DNA of 64,000 nucleotides from SAR202 cluster bacterium. Its GTDB lineage: Bacteria; Chloroflexota; Dehalococcoidia; Lucifugimonadales; UBA2962. The position numbers and the translations under genes were made by a program. Numbering within the stretch: position 1 is the stretch's first letter; each line of letters starts with the position of its first letter. This document shows positions 60,836 through 64,000 of this stretch, in pieces. Location of the stretch: assembly GCA_009392275.1 (NCBI GenBank), contig VFGV01000004.1:290-64289 (forward strand). Direction: 5' to 3'. The notes below the pieces were generated by a model. The model was given only the letters and a program-made list of their open reading frames with translations. It did not search any database and was not told the origin of the DNA.

Positions 60836-61648
60836 ATGCCAAATAGTATTAATAAACTTTCTGAAATGAAGTCACATGGTGAACCAATAGTTATGGTTAC
60901 AGCATATGATTACACTTCAGCCAGAATAATCAATGACATCGGATTTGATGCAATTCTTGTCGGAGATTCTTTAAGCCAAGTCATGTTGGGAAATGATACA
61001 ACCGTTCCTTTAACAATTGATGAGGCAATACTGCATACTCGATCTGTCGTAAGAGGAGCAGCAAATACTCATGTTGTAGCAGATATGCCATTTTTGAGTT
61101 ACAACCTTAGTATAGACACAGCTCTTATGAATGCTGGACGATTTTTACAAGAAGGCGGAGCTCAAAGCGTTAAGCTAGAAGGCGGTCATCACATATGTAA
61201 AACTGTAGAACAACTAGTATCTTGTGGAATCCCGGTAATGGGTCATATAGGCCTAACTCCCCAATCTATCAACCAACTGGGTGGCTATAAAGTGCAGGGT
61301 AAATCAAAAGAACAGGCATCAAGGATACTTGATGAGGCATTAGCATTAGAGAATGCTGGAGCGTATGCGATAGTGCTAGAACTAATTCCTGTGGAGGTGT
61401 CAAAACAAATAACCTCGAAATTAAAAATCCCCACCATAGGAATTGGCGCTGGAATCGAATGTGATGGCCAAATACAAGTGATGCACGACATTTTAGGATT
61501 ATTTGAGCTCTTTACACCCAAACATACTAAACAATATGTTAATCTCGCGGAACAAATGCGTTTCGGTTTGAAGGAATATATGCGTGAAGTGAAAGATAAA
61601 AGTTTCCCAAATAATTCCCATAGCTTTACTTCGATTCAGAATAGTTAA
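60836..61648 (+). CDS. panB: 3-methyl-2-oxobutanoate hydroxymethyltransferase
   Basis: VMVTAYDY, LVGDSLSQV and KLEGG motifs. SD GAGGAGG at 60822-28 favours ATG 60836 over the track's TTG 60821. Confidence 0.95.
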   Translation: MPNSINKLSEMKSHGEPIVMVTAYDYTSARIINDIGFDAILVGDSLSQVMLGNDTTVPLTIDEAILHTRSVVRGAANTHVVADMPFLSYNLSIDTALMNAGRFLQEGGAQSVKLEGGHHICKTVEQLVSCGIPVMGHIGLTPQSINQLGGYKVQGKSKEQASRILDEALALENAGAYAIVLELIPVEVSKQITSKLKIPTIGIGAGIECDGQIQVMHDILGLFELFTPKHTKQYVNLAEQMRFGLKEYMREVKDKSFPNNSHSFTSIQNS

Positions 61649-61689
61649 CTCAAAATGTTCATATCTGGCTTTTGTTGCAAATTGAAGAA

Positions 61690-62517
61690 ATGCGTTTAAT
61701 AAAAACAGTTAAAGAATTAAAGACGATTTTAGCTGCTGCCACAGGATCTGTAGGCTTAGTGCCAACTATGGGAGCAATACACCAAGGTCATGTTGCTCTA
61801 TTAACAAAAGCTAGATCAGACTGCGGCACCGTTGTAGCTTCAATATTTGTAAATCCACATCAATTTAACATAAAAAATGATTATCTCAACTACCCTAAAA
61901 ACTTGTCTACAGACTTAGAAATCATGGAAAATTCAGGTGTAGACATTGTTTTTAAACCTAATATAGAAGAGATATATCCAAATTCATTTACAACTACAGT
62001 AAATGTAAAGAGTCTAAGTGATCGTCTTGAAGGAGCATTCAGGCCGGGACATTTGGATAGCGTTGCCACAATCGTAATCAAATTACTCAATATCTGCCAA
62101 CCAAACTTTGTGTATTTTGGACAAAAAGATATTCAGCAGTTGTTAATGATTAAGAGAATGATCATAGACCTAAATATACAAACTAATCTGGTATCCATAG
62201 ATACGGTACGGGACAAAGACGGTCTAGCTTTATCTAGTAGGAACAATCACTTAACTGAAGCACAAAAGCAATCCGCACTTGGTTTATATTCTTCTTTGAA
62301 ATCGGCATCAAATTTAAGCAGGAATGGAGAAAAATCTGCGAATAAAATTAAATCTGAAATGGAACAAATCCTACTAAGCCACAATCTTGATATTGACTAT
62401 TTGGCTATATGTGATTCCGAAACCTTAGATGAAGTAACCTACATTAATGGAGCAGCACTTGCCGTAATAGCGGCATATTGCGGAAATATACGACTAATAG
62501 ATAACATGTTGATCTAA
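61690..62517 (+). CDS. panC: pantoate--beta-alanine ligase
   Basis: VPTMGAIHQGHVAL (HIGH-type), FVNPHQF, FGQKDIQQ. ATG 61690 (MRLIKTVKEL) fits the family N-terminus. Confidence 0.95.
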   Translation: MRLIKTVKELKTILAAATGSVGLVPTMGAIHQGHVALLTKARSDCGTVVASIFVNPHQFNIKNDYLNYPKNLSTDLEIMENSGVDIVFKPNIEEIYPNSFTTTVNVKSLSDRLEGAFRPGHLDSVATIVIKLLNICQPNFVYFGQKDIQQLLMIKRMIIDLNIQTNLVSIDTVRDKDGLALSSRNNHLTEAQKQSALGLYSSLKSASNLSRNGEKSANKIKSEMEQILLSHNLDIDYLAICDSETLDEVTYINGAALAVIAAYCGNIRLIDNMLI

Positions 62518-63281
62518 ACTAATTCAGCAATTGACTCAACAACTAAATCGGGAGTCAGTCCATTTTGAGACTCAAGTCCAATTTCATTTGTATCTACCCA
62601 AATACCGTAAATACCTAACTTCATTGGGGCTATAACGTCAAACTCAATGTTATCTCCCGCCATCCATGTTTCTTCAGGAGATACATTCAAAATTTTTAAA
62701 GCGTTTAAATATGCTGCAGGATCGGGTTTACCCACCCCAAATTCACCTTCAATCTGTACATGATCCATTAGTGTTTCCAATTCCAACAATTGAACTTTTC
62801 GCGACTGTATTTGAGCATTACCATTAGTAATTAGAGCTAGCTTAACTCCAGCCATTTTGAATTTATTTAAAGCATCAATTGCATTTGGCAAAGGCTTTAA
62901 CTTCGACCAACGCATATCGTCCCATTTGTTTGACATCGATTCAGCCATTTCTAAATCCTTAATTCCTAATATCTCTAAACCACCTTTAATAGTTTCAAAT
63001 AGAGCTTGTTCAGGATTCAGCCTTCCGGACCGATTACGGTTTGCGTCCGACCAAAACCATAACCGAAAATCGTTTATCGCCTTTACAATTTTTTCGGAAG
63101 TAATGTTTACATGACCTTTAAGGTGGATTTTTGGAGTATATTCTTCTGACAATAGTTTCCAGCATTCATTTGAGCATGCTGTAGTGCCTAAAATCGTATC
63201 ATCGAGGTCGAAAAACGCTGCTGTTGGAAAAGATTTTTTCATTTTTATATTAACTTTATAGATTGAATTCACATGCAACAA
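62514..63281 (-). CDS. HAD-superfamily hydrolase
   Basis: 255 aa. Motif I FFDLDDT, motif II ITNG, and motif IV GDNIEFD. Confidence 0.8.
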   Translation of the reverse strand: MLHVNSIYKVNIKMKKSFPTAAFFDLDDTILGTTACSNECWKLLSEEYTPKIHLKGHVNITSEKIVKAINDFRLWFWSDANRNRSGRLNPEQALFETIKGGLEILGIKDLEMAESMSNKWDDMRWSKLKPLPNAIDALNKFKMAGVKLALITNGNAQIQSRKVQLLELETLMDHVQIEGEFGVGKPDPAAYLNALKILNVSPEETWMAGDNIEFDVIAPMKLGIYGIWVDTNEIGLESQNGLTPDLVVESIAELV

Positions 63282-63305
63282 TAACTGGTTTTTGAATTTA
63301 ATTAA

Positions 63306-63635
63306 CTACGACCCTGCTTTTCCCTTACCAGGAAAAATCTTTCTTATTACATCGAACGGATAAATTCCGGTGTAATGAGCATCACTCCATAAAAATTGAA
63401 TAGCATAGTTGCCTACCAGAATATAATCTTCCGCTTTTATATCAAAAGGCACCGATGCCGGATCCAAGATTCTGCGCTGACTCCACTCTTCAACACACTC
63501 AGCACACCCGCAATTAAGACGCATGTCTCTAGCAGGATATCTAGATGATTCTCCGTCACTCCACTCGATGTCTATCGTGTTAGCAGATAAAACGACACTT
63601 TTTGCTTTAACGTCTTTATACATGACTTCATTCAT
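63306..63635 (-). CDS. DUF971 protein (gamma-butyrobetaine hydroxylase N-terminal-like)
   Basis: 109 aa. LNCGCAEC...VGNYAIQFLWSDAHYTGIYPFDVIRKI matches the DUF971 pattern. Confidence 0.8.
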   Translation of the reverse strand: MNEVMYKDVKAKSVVLSANTIDIEWSDGESSRYPARDMRLNCGCAECVEEWSQRRILDPASVPFDIKAEDYILVGNYAIQFLWSDAHYTGIYPFDVIRKIFPGKGKAGS

Positions 63636-63728
63636 AATATTATCTATTAATAAACATATAACTTCATCCTTCTACCTTGTGGTTTTAGGAAAATGTGACT
63701 TATTATCCAGTCTTAAGGACATTGTGCA

Positions 63729-64000
63729 ATGGAAAATTTATTGTCTGTGTCTGATTTAACAGAAAATCAGATCAAAAATCTTATCTTATCCGCCAGGGCC
63801 ATCAAAAGTGGGAAGAGTACTTCTAAACAAGTCCTAGAACAAAAATCTTTAGCTCTGCTATTTGAAAAGCCATCCCTAAGGACGCGAGCTAGTTTCGAAC
63901 TTGGCATCACACAGCTGGGGGGTAAATCCGTATATTTGAATAAAGAAGAAATTGGCCTAGGTACTCGTGAACCCGTAAGGGATATTGCACACGTTTTAGA
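63729..64000 (+). CDS. argF: ornithine carbamoyltransferase, N-terminal part (runs off window end)
   Basis: Hand translation from ATG 63729 gives MENLLSVSDLTENQIKNLI...SLALLFEKPSLRTRASFELGITQLGG. This is the carbamoyl-phosphate-binding S(T/L)RTR motif in an OTCase-like context. Confidence 0.75.
   Translation, partial: MENLLSVSDLTENQIKNLILSARAIKSGKSTSKQVLEQKSLALLFEKPSLRTRASFELGITQLGGKSVYLNKEEIGLGTREPVRDIAHVL

Overview
This is an AT-rich, very gene-dense chromosomal segment with about 60 genes, many short gaps or overlaps, and several long co-directional gene strings. I saw no rRNA, tRNA, CRISPR array, transposase, integrase, or recognisable phage or defence operon. The only trace of that kind is a decayed HEPN fragment beside sppA.

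The content is housekeeping plus catabolic metabolism:
- Housekeeping genes: trpB, mazG, sppA, fmt, tag, gyrB, a cysteine synthase, ligA, recF, thyX, panB, panC, and the start of an ornithine carbamoyltransferase.
- Two 2-oxoacid dehydrogenase clusters. One is BCKDH-like and carries lipB. The other is PDH-like and carries lpdA.
- A BtuFCD-type importer behind a cobalamin riboswitch.
- Many paralog-type catabolic enzymes: enolase superfamily, CaiB-type CoA-transferase, enoyl-CoA hydratase, two SDRs, a nitroreductase, and four aminotransferases.

Several features suggest a monoderm lineage, plausibly a marine Chloroflexota (SAR202-like) organism. These are the LprG-like lipoprotein/MFS pair, the SCO1664/DUF3090 pair, an LPXTG protein, ThyX and a TIGR01906 protein. 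This taxonomic call is inference only.

Nothing here looks like a clear-cut new system, but these loci deserve a second look:
1. larB and larE (nickel-pincer cofactor genes) are split across a divergent promoter. They are tightly coupled to a PAL-like NHL propeller, an enolase-superfamily enzyme and a dimethylformamidase-like protein. No larA or larC is in the window.
2. A four-gene ABC module has two giant paralogous double-FtsX permeases (1229 and 1120 aa) and two different ATPases. One ATPase has an AbrB/SpoVT-like C-terminal tail.
3. Unannotated small elements include a candidate SD-sequestering structured leader, a 37-aa zinc-ribbon ORF, a recF that appears to start at ATA, and a HEPN relic.

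All coordinates for elements outside the ORF track were counted by hand and may be off by 1-2 nt. All family assignments rest on motif recognition from memory, not on searches.
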